Notes: a model not told the origin generated them from the sequence alone. DNA of 64,000 bases from an uncultured Gemmatimonadales bacterium (GCA_963728915.1 CAVSLV010000001.1:384001-448000), one strand, 5' to 3'. Positions 12,928 to 22,952 are shown, numbered from the stretch's first letter. Translations and numbers: made by a program.

Positions 12928-13805
12928 GGGACGTGGCGGGCGTCCGACTTTCCCACCCGGAGCGGGTGCTCTATCCGGAGCAGGGACTGACCAAGATGGA
13001 CCTCGCCCGCTACTACGAGGCGGCGGCGGCGCGGATGCTGCCCCACATGGCCCGGCGGCCCTTCTCCCTGGTCCGATGCCCAGAGGGACAGGCCGGGTCC
13101 TGCTTCTACCAGAAACACTGGAGCGGACCATTGCCGCCCGGGGTCCGGACCGTGACGATCCGGGAGACCCGCGGGGCCGTGCGGGAGTACACCTGGGTGA
13201 AGGACGCTCGTGGGCTGGTGGGCCTGGTGCAGCACGGCGTCCTCGAGTTCCATGTGTGGGGATCGCGAGCCGACCGGGTCGACCGGCCCGATCGCATCGT
13301 ATTCGATCTGGATCCTGCCCCGGGCGTGGCCTGGGGCCGGGTCCGGGAAGCGGCGCGAGAGCTCCGCGAACGGCTGGCGCATTCGGGACTCGATACCTGG
13401 ATCAAGGTTACCGGGGGGAAGGGGTTGCACGTGGTCGCGCCCATCGAGCGCAGGGTCTCGTGGCGGGAAGTGTCCGCCTTCGCGAGAGCCCTGGCCTACC
13501 GGATGTCGGCCGATTCTCCCGATCGGTTTCTCGCCCAAGCCGGCAAGGCCGAGCGAGCCGGCAGGATCTTCGTGGACTGGCTTCGTAACACGCGAGGCGC
13601 AACCTGGATTGCGCCATGGTCTACCCGGGCACGGGCCGGCGCCCCGGTCTCGGTTCCGTTTCCGTGGGACGAGCTGGGACGGATCCGGTCGGGCCATCAG
13701 TTCGGCATCCGGCAGGCGCTGGCCCGGGCCAGGCGAAGCGACCCCTGGGCCGGGATGCTCGAAACCCGACAGCGCCTCCCGGCTCGGGCAGGATCACCCC
13801 GGTGA
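12924..13805 (+). CDS. LigD primase-polymerase domain, stand-alone
   Basis: ATGA overlap with the ligase gene; LSHPERVLYP, RCPEG, FYQKH, FDLDP, TGGKGLHV, IFVDWLRN. Confidence 0.92.
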   Translation: MRDVAGVRLSHPERVLYPEQGLTKMDLARYYEAAAARMLPHMARRPFSLVRCPEGQAGSCFYQKHWSGPLPPGVRTVTIRETRGAVREYTWVKDARGLVGLVQHGVLEFHVWGSRADRVDRPDRIVFDLDPAPGVAWGRVREAARELRERLAHSGLDTWIKVTGGKGLHVVAPIERRVSWREVSAFARALAYRMSADSPDRFLAQAGKAERAGRIFVDWLRNTRGATWIAPWSTRARAGAPVSVPFPWDELGRIRSGHQFGIRQALARARRSDPWAGMLETRQRLPARAGSPR

Positions 13806-13852
13806 CATGGGCGATGCCCGGGGTCGGCATGGGAGGGGCTCCTCCTATATTT

Positions 13853-13915
13853 AGGGGTCGGAGGGTCGGAGGGTGGGCGTTCAGACTTACAGACTTCCAG
13901 ACCTGCCGACTTCCA
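13853..13915. repeat. Octamer tandem arrays in the tRNA leader
   Basis: About 3 copies of GAGGGTCG, then about 4 of CAGACTTC (cagactta cagacttc cagacctg ccgacttc); the two arrays are partly complementary. Confidence 0.6.
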
Positions 13916-14002
13916 GGACAGGTGTCCGAGTGGCTGAAGGAACCGGTCTCGAAAACCGGCATACCCGCAAGGGTATCGTGGGTTCGAATCCCACCCTGTC
14001 CG
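13916..14002 (+). tRNA. tRNA-Ser(CGA)
   Basis: Acceptor GGACAGG/CCTGTCC, anticodon arm CCGGT-CT CGA AA-ACCGG, long variable arm, TTCGAAT T-loop, discriminator G; CCA not encoded. Confidence 0.96.
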
Positions 14003-14006
14003 TTCG

Positions 14007-14153
14007 CTAGATTCGATCGCGCAAGCCCGCCATTCCAAACTGATCGGCGCAACTCGCCCAACAGCACATGGTGGTGTCCGCTTCGGTTCGGCCCCCCAGC
14101 AGGACGTCGAAACTCTTGTCGTACTCGTTGCCGCAATTCACGCAGACCCCCAT
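14007..14153 (-). CDS. Small Cys-rich metallothionein-like protein, apparently internally deleted
   Basis: AAGGAGG RBS; MGVCVNCGNEYDKSF...CCWASC...GLRDRI matches both ends of a small CxxCGNxYDKxF family as I recall it. Confidence 0.65.
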   Translation of the reverse strand: MGVCVNCGNEYDKSFDVLLGGRTEADTTMCCWASCADQFGMAGLRDRI

Positions 14154-14332
14154 GATCTCCTCCTTATTGTAAGGAATGAGGATGCCTCCTATCCGGTCTT
14201 GCGCACAAGGGTTTGCGGGAGGAGAGGAGCCCCGGCCCGCCGCTTGCATTCGGCTTCTGCGCGGGAATGGGTTCCAGGCGGTGGAAAACGGTTATCCGAT
14301 CAGCCGATGGCCGGGCAATTTGCCGGGAGGAT

Positions 14333-14365
14333 TTGACAGCCAGGCGGGGTTGGTTGTACTAGTTT
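14333..14365 (+). promoter_or_regulatory. Possible sigma70 promoter of topA
   Basis: Perfect TTGACA at 14333-14338; the -10 match is weak (TACTAG or TAGTTT). Confidence 0.35.
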
Positions 14366-14432
14366 GCCCGGTCGCGAAGGGTTTCCCGCGCTGGAGATCC
14401 TTCGCGTTGCGTTTCCATCCACGAGGAGCGGC

Positions 14433-17030
14433 ATGGCGTCACTGGTGATCGTCGAATCGCCCACCAAGGCGAGGACCATCAAGGAGTTCCTGCCCCGCGG
14501 CTATCGAGTGGCCGCCTCGATGGGTCACATCCGCGATCTCCCCGACAAGGCCGCCGACATTCCCGCCAAGTATAAGGGAGAGGAGTGGTCCCGGCTCGGC
14601 GTCAACGTCGCCAAGGACTTCGAGCCGCTCTACGTCGTTCCCGCCGACAAGAAGAAGGTCGTCAAGGAGCTCAAGGACGCGCTCAAGAACGCCGATGAAG
14701 TGCTCCTCGCCACCGACGAGGATCGCGAGGGCGAAAGCATCTCCTGGCACCTCACCCAGGTCCTGGCCCCGAAGGTCAAGGTGCGCCGCATGGTGTTCCA
14801 CGAAATCACCCGGGAAGCCATTCGCGAGGCGCTGGAAACCACCCGCAAGCTGGACGATCGCCTGGTCCGGGCCCAGGAAACCCGCCGGATTCTCGACCGG
14901 CTCTACGGCTATACGCTGAGCCCGCTGCTGTGGAAGAAGATCGCCTACGGGCTTTCGGCAGGACGGGTCCAATCGGTCGCGGTGCGCCTCCTGGTGCTCA
15001 GGGAGCGGGAGCGCCGGGCGTTCCGGGCTGCGACCTACTGGGATCTCAAGGCCCATCTCAGGCACGACAATCTCGTTTTTAGCGCCGAGCTGATCGCGCT
15101 GGGCGGTGATCGCGTCGCGACCGGCAAGGACTTCGACGAGAAAACCGGGAAGCTCGCGGCGGGCAAGAAGGTGGTCCTGCTCGACGAGGCCCAGGCCGGC
15201 AAGCTTCGCGAGACGCTGCTCAAGAAGACCTGGAAGGTGGTGGGCAGCGAGGAGAAGCCGGGGATCCGGCGCCCCGCGCCTCCCTTTACCACTTCCACGC
15301 TTCAGCAGGAGTCGAACCGCAAGCTCAGGCTCTCCGCTCGCGACACGATGCGGGTCGCGCAGAGTCTGTACGAGAACGGCTACATCACGTATATGCGGAC
15401 CGATTCGGTCAACCTGTCCGCTCAGGCGGTGAGCGCGGCCCGCGGGCTGATCCAGCGGATGTACGGGAAGGAGTACCTCCCGCCCAAGCCCCGCCACTAC
15501 TCCGCCAAGAACGTGCATGCCCAGGAGGCCCACGAGGCGATCCGGCCGGCCGGTTCCACCTTCAAGACGCCGGACCAGACCGGATTGAAGGGCCGGGAAC
15601 GCGATCTCTACGAGCTGATCTGGATGCGGACCGTGGCCTGCCAGATGGTGGACGCCCGGATCACTTCCCTGGTGGTGACGCTCGAAGTCGAGAACGCCAC
15701 CTTCCGGGCGAGCGGGAAGCGCATCGATTTCCCCGGGTTCCTCCGGGCCTACGTGGAAGGGAGCGACGATCCCGAAGCCGCCCTGGAAGACCAGGAAGTG
15801 CTGCTGCCCGACCTCGAGGTGGGCGACCGTCCCGTCTGTACCGGGATCGATGCGTTGTCCCATCAGACCCAGCCCCCCGCGCGGTTCACCGAGGCGAGCC
15901 TGGTGCGAGAGCTCGAGGCCGACGGGATTGGCCGCCCCAGTACCTACGCGAGCATCATCGGGACCATCATCGAGCGGGGATACGTCCAGAAGCAGGGGCA
16001 GGCCCTGGTGCCGACGTTCACGGCCTTCGCGGTGATCGCCCTGCTGGAGCACAATTTTCCCAAGCTGGTGGACCTCAAGTTCACCGCGCGCATGGAGCAG
16101 AGCCTCGACGACATCGCCGAGGGACACGCCGAATGGCTCCCCTACCTGCAGACCTTCTATCTCGGAAAGGAAGGGCTCCAGAAACAGGTGGAGCTGCGAG
16201 AGAAGAAGATCGATCCGGTCGAGGCCCGCACGGTGACGGTCAGCGACCTCGCCGGTGCGACGATCCGGATCGGGCGGTTCGGCCCCTATGTCGAAGTCGA
16301 GCACGACGGGGAGACCGTGCGGGCTTCCCTGCCGGCCGACGCCGCTCCGGCGGAGCTGACGGTGGATCGGGTCGAAGAGCTGCTTCGACAGAAGCGCGAA
16401 GGCCCCGACATCCTGGGTCACCATCCGGAGAGCGGCGAACCGATCCTGGTGCTCACCGGTCAGTATGGCCCCTATGTCCAGCTGGGCCCTGTGACCGACG
16501 AGAATCCGAAACCCAAACGGGCCAGCCTCCCCAAGGGGATGAAGCCGGAGGACGTGACGCTCGACATTGCGGTCGGCCTGCTCGCCCTGCCTCGATTACT
16601 GGGGACCCACTCGGACGGCGGGAAGATCTTCGCGAGCCAGGGCCGCTTCGGACCCTACATCGTCCATCATCGCGCCAGCGACGGCGCCAAGGAGTACCGC
16701 TCCATCAAGGGGGAAGACCACGTTCTCACCATCAAGCTTCCCCGCGCGCTCGAGCTGCTGGCCCAGCCCAAGCAGAGCCGGGGCCGGCGCGCCGGACCGA
16801 CGCCGGTCAAGGATCTGGGCCCCCACCCGGCCGACCAGAAGCCGGTCGCGCTCTATGAGGGACAGTACGGCCCGTACGTGAAGCATGGCACGGTGAGCGC
16901 GTCGATTCCCAAGGGCACCGATCCGAAATCGGTGACGCTCTCGGAAGCGGTGGAGCTCCTCGCGGCACGCCGGGGCCGGAAAGGACCGGCGCGGGCGCCC
17001 AGAGCCAGACGAGCCAAGGCCGCACGCTGA
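14433..17030 (+). CDS. topA: DNA topoisomerase I with C-terminal Topo_C-type repeats
   Basis: [53 protein letters not shown]; repeated GRFGPY/GQYGPY motifs. Confidence 0.97.
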   Translation: MASLVIVESPTKARTIKEFLPRGYRVAASMGHIRDLPDKAADIPAKYKGEEWSRLGVNVAKDFEPLYVVPADKKKVVKELKDALKNADEVLLATDEDREGESISWHLTQVLAPKVKVRRMVFHEITREAIREALETTRKLDDRLVRAQETRRILDRLYGYTLSPLLWKKIAYGLSAGRVQSVAVRLLVLRERERRAFRAATYWDLKAHLRHDNLVFSAELIALGGDRVATGKDFDEKTGKLAAGKKVVLLDEAQAGKLRETLLKKTWKVVGSEEKPGIRRPAPPFTTSTLQQESNRKLRLSARDTMRVAQSLYENGYITYMRTDSVNLSAQAVSAARGLIQRMYGKEYLPPKPRHYSAKNVHAQEAHEAIRPAGSTFKTPDQTGLKGRERDLYELIWMRTVACQMVDARITSLVVTLEVENATFRASGKRIDFPGFLRAYVEGSDDPEAALEDQEVLLPDLEVGDRPVCTGIDALSHQTQPPARFTEASLVRELEADGIGRPSTYASIIGTIIERGYVQKQGQALVPTFTAFAVIALLEHNFPKLVDLKFTARMEQSLDDIAEGHAEWLPYLQTFYLGKEGLQKQVELREKKIDPVEARTVTVSDLAGATIRIGRFGPYVEVEHDGETVRASLPADAAPAELTVDRVEELLRQKREGPDILGHHPESGEPILVLTGQYGPYVQLGPVTDENPKPKRASLPKGMKPEDVTLDIAVGLLALPRLLGTHSDGGKIFASQGRFGPYIVHHRASDGAKEYRSIKGEDHVLTIKLPRALELLAQPKQSRGRRAGPTPVKDLGPHPADQKPVALYEGQYGPYVKHGTVSASIPKGTDPKSVTLSEAVELLAARRGRKGPARAPRARRAKAAR

Positions 17031-17031
17031 C

Positions 17032-19698
17032 ATGGGCGCGCTGACCCGCTGGATCAATCAGTCGCTCCGGCGGAGAATCGCAGTGGTTGTTTCCGGGCTG
17101 GCGCTGCTCCTTGGCGTCGCGATCCTGGCCTTCTCCTCCTTTGAAGTCCTCCGGGTTTCCCGCCATCTCTACGCCGAGCGACTGACCCAGCTGGGCGACC
17201 AGCTTGCGCCCATGCTGAGCCGTACTCCGCTGGATGCCCAGTCCCGGCTGGAACGGCTCGCCGGCAGGTCGGAGCTGGTCCGCTTCGTGACCTCGGGAAG
17301 TCACCCCAACGGGCCCGCCATCGAGGGATTTCTGGTCGAGAACACCGGCGCCGACCCGCGGATCACCGAGGTAGTGACCGGCGCCGATGGCTCGGCCCTG
17401 GCCTATGCCCACCGCCATTCGGTGCCGGATTGGTCAGGGCCGCCGCCCGGCCCCGACTCGCTCAGCGGCATCGGACCGTACCGGGTCCTGGACGACTCCA
17501 CCACCTACTACGACATCCGGGCGCCGATCCGGGAGGGAAGTCAGGTGGTCGGAGCCCTGATCCGCCGGGCGAGGAGCACCCAGACGGAGGCGGGGCGGGC
17601 CACCCTCGAAGGCCTGCTGGGCGAAGGAACCAGTGTGGTGATCGGAAGCCCATCCACCGGCGCGTGGAATGACCTGGCCCGGGTCACGCCCGCGGCGCCG
17701 GCCGCCCTGCTCAACGATCGCGGGGTTTCGATGGTCACCTGGGAAGGACGCCGTTTTCTGGCGTCCGGGTTTCCCATCCCCGGGACTCCCTGGCGCCTGG
17801 TGGTCCGGATCAGCGAGCCGACCGTCGCGGAACCCGCGGCGGGTTACTTCCGCCGCGGCGCGCTCATCGCGCTCTCGGTGGTGCTGCTCGGGGTCGTGGT
17901 CGGGGTGACCCTGGGTCGGACCCTGAGCGCCCCGCTTCAGGAGATCACCGAGGTCGCCGAGCAGATCGCCAGCGTGGAGGACCCCAAGTTTGTCCCGGAG
18001 AATACGCCCGGGGAGGTGGGCCGCCTGGCCCGGGCCTTCAACGCGATGACCGATCGGGTGGCGACGTCGACCCGCCGGCTGCGGGAAAACGAGGCGAGCC
18101 ACCGGGCCTTTGTGAGCTCCACCAGCGACGGGATCTGGCGGCTCGAGTTCGTTCCTCCCGCCAGCACCACCCTGTCCCCCGCGGTACAGATCGAGTCGTG
18201 GTACCACCTCTCCCCCCGCGCCGAATGCAACCAGGCCCTGGTGCGGATGACCGGCCGGGAGCCGGAGGGCGAAACCAGCACGGTTCCTCTCGCTGAGCTC
18301 TTCCCGCCCGAGGACCCCGCGGTGCAGCGCCTGTTTCAGGACTTCGTGCGCAACGGCTACCGGGTCTCCGGCGCCGAGCTGGTGACGCCGGGCCCCAACG
18401 AGTCGCGCCGGATCTTCCTGAACGATCTGGTCGGGGTGGTCGATGCCGGCGGGCTGCGCCGGATCTGGGGCACCCGGCGGGACATGACCCTCTCCCGCAT
18501 GCAGGACGAGCGCCTGGCCCAGACCGACCGGCTGGAGGCGATCGGCCGGCTGGCGGGCGGGATCGCCCACGACTTCAACAACCTGCTGACCGCCATCGTC
18601 GGCTATGCCGAAGCGCTCCAGGAGGAGATTCCCGAGTCCGCGCCCCACCGTCAGGACGCGGTCGAAATCCAGCGCATCGGATTGCGGGCGGCGGAGCTGA
18701 CCAAGCAGCTCCTCGCCTTCAGCCGGGGTCAGGTCATGCGGCCCTCCCTGATCGACCTCAACGCGGTGGTCCGCGCCAGCGAGGGGTTGCTGCGCCGGGT
18801 GCTCACCGAGGGGGTCGACCTCCAGCTTTCCCTCTACGAAGCCATCGACGCGGTGGAGGTGGATCCCGGTCAGCTCGAGCGGGTGATGATGAACCTGGTG
18901 GTGAACGCCCGGGATGCGATGCCCGACGGCGGCGTCATCGAGATCCGCACCGCGCCGGCCCGGCTGGACGAGGCCCACGTCCGGCTCCGGCCCGGGCTCC
19001 GCGCCGGCGAGTACGTGACGCTCTCGGTGCGGGATACCGGGACCGGGATGTCGGACGAAGTCCGTCAGCATCTGTTCGAGCCCTTCTACACCACCAAGCC
19101 CAAGGGGCGGGGCACCGGGTTAGGCCTTTCCACCGTGTACGGCATCGTGCGGCAGAGCGGCGGCGACATCACGGTGGCCAGCGAGGTCGGAATCGGCACC
19201 ACCTTCACCATCTTTCTCCCGGTCAAGGGCCGGATCGCGATCCCCCAGAGCGACGGTCCGATGAGCGCGGTGGGGGGCGGGATCATGACCCTGACCGGGG
19301 AAGAATCCATCCTGGTGGTCGAGGACGAGGCCCCGGTGCGGGAAATCGTGCGGCGGGCCCTGGCGGCGGCGGGATACACCGTGATGGTCGCGTCGGAGGG
19401 GAACGAAGCGCTGGAGATCGAGGCCGGCGGCTCCGCCATCGATCTCGTCCTGACCGACATGGTGCTCCCCGGACAGAACGGCCGGGAGCTGGCGAAAGAG
19501 CTCCGCCGCCGCCGCCCCGAGGTCCGGCTCATGGTCATGTCCGGCTACAGCGACGAACAGGGCCAGGCCCCCGACTCCCTGCCGGAAGGCGCCGTGTACC
19601 TCGCCAAACCGTTTTCGCTCGCGGAGCTCCGGCGCCGGATCCGGGAGGTGCTCGACCGGCCGGTCCGGGTCCGAACCGCTTCCTCCAGCGAAGGCTAG
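17032..19698 (+). CDS. Membrane hybrid sensor kinase (extracytoplasmic sensor-HAMP-PAS-like-HisKA-HATPase-REC)
   Basis: Two TM helices, GEVGRLARAFNAM (HAMP), AGGIAHDFNNLL, NARDAM, GTGLGL, receiver domain. Confidence 0.9.
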   Translation: MGALTRWINQSLRRRIAVVVSGLALLLGVAILAFSSFEVLRVSRHLYAERLTQLGDQLAPMLSRTPLDAQSRLERLAGRSELVRFVTSGSHPNGPAIEGFLVENTGADPRITEVVTGADGSALAYAHRHSVPDWSGPPPGPDSLSGIGPYRVLDDSTTYYDIRAPIREGSQVVGALIRRARSTQTEAGRATLEGLLGEGTSVVIGSPSTGAWNDLARVTPAAPAALLNDRGVSMVTWEGRRFLASGFPIPGTPWRLVVRISEPTVAEPAAGYFRRGALIALSVVLLGVVVGVTLGRTLSAPLQEITEVAEQIASVEDPKFVPENTPGEVGRLARAFNAMTDRVATSTRRLRENEASHRAFVSSTSDGIWRLEFVPPASTTLSPAVQIESWYHLSPRAECNQALVRMTGREPEGETSTVPLAELFPPEDPAVQRLFQDFVRNGYRVSGAELVTPGPNESRRIFLNDLVGVVDAGGLRRIWGTRRDMTLSRMQDERLAQTDRLEAIGRLAGGIAHDFNNLLTAIVGYAEALQEEIPESAPHRQDAVEIQRIGLRAAELTKQLLAFSRGQVMRPSLIDLNAVVRASEGLLRRVLTEGVDLQLSLYEAIDAVEVDPGQLERVMMNLVVNARDAMPDGGVIEIRTAPARLDEAHVRLRPGLRAGEYVTLSVRDTGTGMSDEVRQHLFEPFYTTKPKGRGTGLGLSTVYGIVRQSGGDITVASEVGIGTTFTIFLPVKGRIAIPQSDGPMSAVGGGIMTLTGEESILVVEDEAPVREIVRRALAAAGYTVMVASEGNEALEIEAGGSAIDLVLTDMVLPGQNGRELAKELRRRRPEVRLMVMSGYSDEQGQAPDSLPEGAVYLAKPFSLAELRRRIREVLDRPVRVRTASSSEG

Positions 19699-21098
19699 AG
19701 CAGGGTCCCTCGAAGCAGCATCGCCGCCACGGTAAAGAAGATCACGATTCCGGTCACGTCCACCAGCGTGGCCACGAACGGCGCCGAAGCGCTGGCCGGA
19801 TCGAAGCCCAGCCGCTTGAGCAGGAAGGGCAGCATCGATCCGATCATCGCTCCGACCGTCACGACCCCGACCAGGGCGAGACCGACCGTCAACGAGATCA
19901 CCATATAGTGCGCTCCGTAGTCGTACCAGCCCAGCGCCTGCCAGAGCAGGATCCGGAGCACCCCGATGGCCCCGAGCAGGAATCCCAGCGAGAGTGCCAC
20001 CGGCAGCTCCCGGATCGCCACCCTCCACCAGTCCTTGAGCGAGACCTCGTTGAGCGCGAGCGCGCGGATGATGAGCGAGGTGGCCTGGGAGCCGGTGTTG
20101 CCTCCGGAGCTGATGATCAGGGGGACGAAGAGCGCCAGCACCACCGCCGCCGCGATCTCGTGCTCGAAATAGCCCATCGCGGTGGCGGTGAACATCTCGC
20201 CGATGAACAGCGCCGCCAGCCAGCCGGCCCGTTTCTTCAGCATCGCGGGCAGGGTGATCTCGGGGTAGGGGACGTCGAGGGCTTCCATGCCGCCGAACTT
20301 CTGGACGTCCTCGGTTTCTTCCTGAACGATGGCGTCGATCACGTCGTCCACCGTCACGATGCCGAGGAGGCGCTTGTGCTCGTCGATGACCGGGAGGGCG
20401 AGCAGGTTGTACTTCCCGATCATCCGGGAGACTTCCTCCCGGTCCATGTGGGGGTCGACGCTCAGGACTCGACGGGGCTCCCCGATCTGGCCGACCCGCT
20501 CGGCCGGGTCCGCCATGACCAGCTCGCGGAGGCTCACCACGTGGGTCAGCTCCCGGGTGGCCGGGTCGGTGACGTAGATGGCGTACACCGTTTCCTTGCG
20601 GCCGCCCACCTGGCGGACGTGGGCCAGGGTCTGCTCCGCGGTCCAGTCCGCCGGCACGCTGACGAACTCGGTCGTCATGATGCCGCCCGCGGTCTCCGGC
20701 TCGTACTGCAGCAGGAGCCGCAGGGCTTCCCGGGTCTCGCGGGTTAGTGCGCTGAGAAGCCGGGTCCGATCCGCCGGATCGAGCTCCCGGAACAGGTCGG
20801 CCTGCTGGTCGGCCGACATCGCGTCCACCAGGTCGGCGGCGTCCCGGTCCGGCATCTTTGCGATGATCGCCGCGCGGTCGCCGACCAGCTCGGGCTCGTC
20901 GAAGATCTGCACCGCGAGATCGAAGGGCAGCGCGGCCATGACCTTCGCCGCCGCCGTCGGCTCGAGCCCGCGGAGCGCCTCGGCCACGTCGGGCGGCTGC
21001 ATTCCCGCCAGCACAGCCGCGAGCTCGACCGGATCTCCGCAGAGGAGATACAGCAGCTCGGGAGTCGGCTTGACGTTTTCCTCGAGACTGGGAGTCAT
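19695..21098 (-). CDS. mgtE: Magnesium transporter MgtE
   Basis: ETAGGIMTTEFV CBS pair, GIVTVDDVID, SSGGNTGSQA, DPASASAPFVATLVDVTG. Confidence 0.95.
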   Translation of the reverse strand: MTPSLEENVKPTPELLYLLCGDPVELAAVLAGMQPPDVAEALRGLEPTAAAKVMAALPFDLAVQIFDEPELVGDRAAIIAKMPDRDAADLVDAMSADQQADLFRELDPADRTRLLSALTRETREALRLLLQYEPETAGGIMTTEFVSVPADWTAEQTLAHVRQVGGRKETVYAIYVTDPATRELTHVVSLRELVMADPAERVGQIGEPRRVLSVDPHMDREEVSRMIGKYNLLALPVIDEHKRLLGIVTVDDVIDAIVQEETEDVQKFGGMEALDVPYPEITLPAMLKKRAGWLAALFIGEMFTATAMGYFEHEIAAAVVLALFVPLIISSGGNTGSQATSLIIRALALNEVSLKDWWRVAIRELPVALSLGFLLGAIGVLRILLWQALGWYDYGAHYMVISLTVGLALVGVVTVGAMIGSMLPFLLKRLGFDPASASAPFVATLVDVTGIVIFFTVAAMLLRGTLL

Positions 21099-21106
21099 CG
21101 CTGGCC

Positions 21107-21143
21107 AGGTGCTGGGGTGCGAGGTGCTGGGTGCTGGGTGCTC
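21107..21143. repeat. Heptamer array (G/A)GGTGCT, about 5 copies
   Basis: aggtgct g gggtgcg aggtgct gggtgct gggtgct, directly upstream of the mgtE start. Confidence 0.75.
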
Positions 21144-21188
21144 GCCCAAAGTACATCTCAAATTGCGCCCAGGTCACCCCCCTCCGCG

Positions 21189-21218
21189 TTGAAATGAGGC
21201 CCTCCGGCCGGGTAACTT
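21189..21218 (+). promoter_or_regulatory. Sigma70-type promoter of tRNA-Ser(GGA)
   Basis: TTGAAA-18 nt-TAACTT, ending 8 nt before the tRNA. Confidence 0.6.
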
Positions 21219-21226
21219 GCCCTCTG

Positions 21227-21314
21227 GGACAGATGGCCGAGTGGTTTAAGGCGCACGCCTGGAGAGCGTGTATACCTCACAAGGGTATCGAGGGTTCGAA
21301 TCCCTCTCTGTCCG
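21227..21314 (+). tRNA. tRNA-Ser(GGA)
   Basis: Acceptor GGACAGA/TCTGTCC, anticodon arm CACGC-CT GGA GA-GCGTG, long variable arm, TTCGAAT; CCA not encoded. Confidence 0.96.
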
Positions 21315-21319
21315 TGTTC

Positions 21320-21414
21320 GAGGTGTTGGGTGCTGGGTGATAGGTGCGAGGAACCACGGTCGCCCCTCTGCTGTTCCAGCACCCAGCACCACAGCACCTG
21401 GCACCCCGCACCTC
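21320..21414. repeat. Inverted pair of heptamer arrays between the tRNA and msrP
   Basis: aggtgtt gggtgct gggtgat aggtgcg (21321-21348), then the complementary ccagcac ccagcac cacagcac ctggcac cccgcac (21376-21411). Confidence 0.75.
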
Positions 21415-21424
21415 CCGAGGTCCC

Positions 21425-22315
21425 ATGAAACTCCCCAGAATCCCGAGCTCCGAAATCACCGAGGAGCGCCTGTACTGGTCCCGCCGCGAGTGGCTGGCCA
21501 GCGTCGGTCTCGGCGCCGCGGCCTTCGCGATTCCCGGGTGCCTCGAAGCCCAGAAGGGTGATCTCAAGCCGACGCCGTACGACCTGATTACCGGCTACAA
21601 CAACTTCTACGAGTTCGGCACCGGGAAGGACGATCCCAAGGCGAATGCCCACACCCTGCGGCCGAGCCCCTGGAAGATCGCGGTCGAGGGAGAGGTGAAG
21701 CGCCCGGCGGTCTACGATCTCGACGACTTCTTCAAGGGCATGACCGCCGAGGAGCGGATCTACCGCCATCGCTGCGTCGAGGCCTGGTCCATGGTCGCGC
21801 CCTGGCTCGGCTACCCCCTGGCCGACATCATCAAGCGGCTCGAGCCGACCAGCAAGGCCAAGTACGTCGCATTCATCACCCTGCTCGATCCGGTCCAGAT
21901 GCCGGGGCAGAAGCGCGGGATCCTGCCCTGGCCGTACGTCGAAGGGCTCCGGATGGACGAGGCCATGCACCCGCTCACCCTGCTTACGGTGGGGGTCTAC
22001 GGGAAACCCCTCCCCAACCAGAATGGCGCGCCGGTCCGGCTCACGGTGCCGTGGAAGTACGGATTCAAGAGCGGGAAGTCGCTCGTCAAGATCCGGTTCG
22101 TGGAGCAGCAGCCCCGAAATACCTGGAACATCGCGGCGCCGGACGAGTATGGGTTCTACGCCAACGTGAATCCGACGGTGGATCATCCCCGCTGGAGCCA
22201 GGCCAAAGAGCGTCCGCTCGGCCAGTTCTTCATGAAGCCGACCCTGATGTTCAACGGCTACGCCGACCAGGTCGCCTCGCTCTACACCGGGATGGATCTC
22301 CGGGTCAACTTCTGA
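21425..22315 (+). CDS. msrP: Periplasmic methionine sulfoxide reductase, catalytic molybdopterin subunit
   Basis: [13 protein letters not shown] Tat signal, [37 protein letters not shown]. Confidence 0.96.
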   Translation: MKLPRIPSSEITEERLYWSRREWLASVGLGAAAFAIPGCLEAQKGDLKPTPYDLITGYNNFYEFGTGKDDPKANAHTLRPSPWKIAVEGEVKRPAVYDLDDFFKGMTAEERIYRHRCVEAWSMVAPWLGYPLADIIKRLEPTSKAKYVAFITLLDPVQMPGQKRGILPWPYVEGLRMDEAMHPLTLLTVGVYGKPLPNQNGAPVRLTVPWKYGFKSGKSLVKIRFVEQQPRNTWNIAAPDEYGFYANVNPTVDHPRWSQAKERPLGQFFMKPTLMFNGYADQVASLYTGMDLRVNF

Positions 22316-22322
22316 GCCCCGG

Positions 22323-22952
22323 GTGACCGAAGGCCAGCTGATCCGGAGGGTCATCAAGCCGGTGCTCTGGCTGGCGGGGCTCGCCCCGCTGGCCTGGCAG
22401 GTGTGGGCCTTCTTCACCGGCCATCTCGAGGCCGAGCCGGTGAAGGGCATGGAACACTTCACCGGCAAAACCGCGCTCATCATCCTCCTGGTGACCCTCG
22501 GGGTGACCCCGATCCGCCGGCTCACCGGCTGGAATGGGATCATCAAGGTCCGCCGGCTCATCGGTCTCTTCGCATTCTTCTACGCCCTGATCCACTTCTC
22601 GATCTTCCTGACGTTCGACCTGGAGTTTTCCCTGGGGGACCTCTGGAAGAACGTGGCGGACCGGCCCTGGATCACGGTGGGGTTCGGCGCCCTCCTGATC
22701 CTCACGGTGCTGGCGATTACCTCGCCCAAGGTGATGGTGCGGAAGCTGGGCAGGCGATGGCAGCAGATCCATCGCCTCATCTACCTCGCGGGGGGCCTCG
22801 CCCTGCTGCATTTCTTCTGGTCCCAGAAGAAGGACATCAGCGTGCCGCTGCGGTACGCGGTGGCCCTCGCGGTGCTGCTCGGGGCGCGCCTGATCCTTCG
22901 TCCCAGGCCAAAACGGGCCCGGAGCGTTGCGAGGGCCGACCTACCGGGGTAG
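22323..22952 (+). CDS. msrQ: Heme-binding membrane subunit MsrQ
   Basis: HFTG..AL, RRLIGLFAFFYALIH, LAITS, WQQIHRLIY; directly follows msrP. Confidence 0.94.
   Translation: MTEGQLIRRVIKPVLWLAGLAPLAWQVWAFFTGHLEAEPVKGMEHFTGKTALIILLVTLGVTPIRRLTGWNGIIKVRRLIGLFAFFYALIHFSIFLTFDLEFSLGDLWKNVADRPWITVGFGALLILTVLAITSPKVMVRKLGRRWQQIHRLIYLAGGLALLHFFWSQKKDISVPLRYAVALAVLLGARLILRPRPKRARSVARADLPG

Noticed and set aside
13916..14002. tRNA-Ser as the attachment site of a mobile element
   Set aside because: No duplicated tRNA 3' end, integrase or transposase seen in the window.
13916..21314. Either long-arm tRNA being tRNA-Sec, given selB
   Set aside because: The anticodons are CGA and GGA, not TCA, and the acceptor stems are 7 bp.
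21107..21414. Repeat arrays as CRISPR
   Set aside because: Units are 7 bp tandem repeats with no unique spacers, and no cas genes are present.
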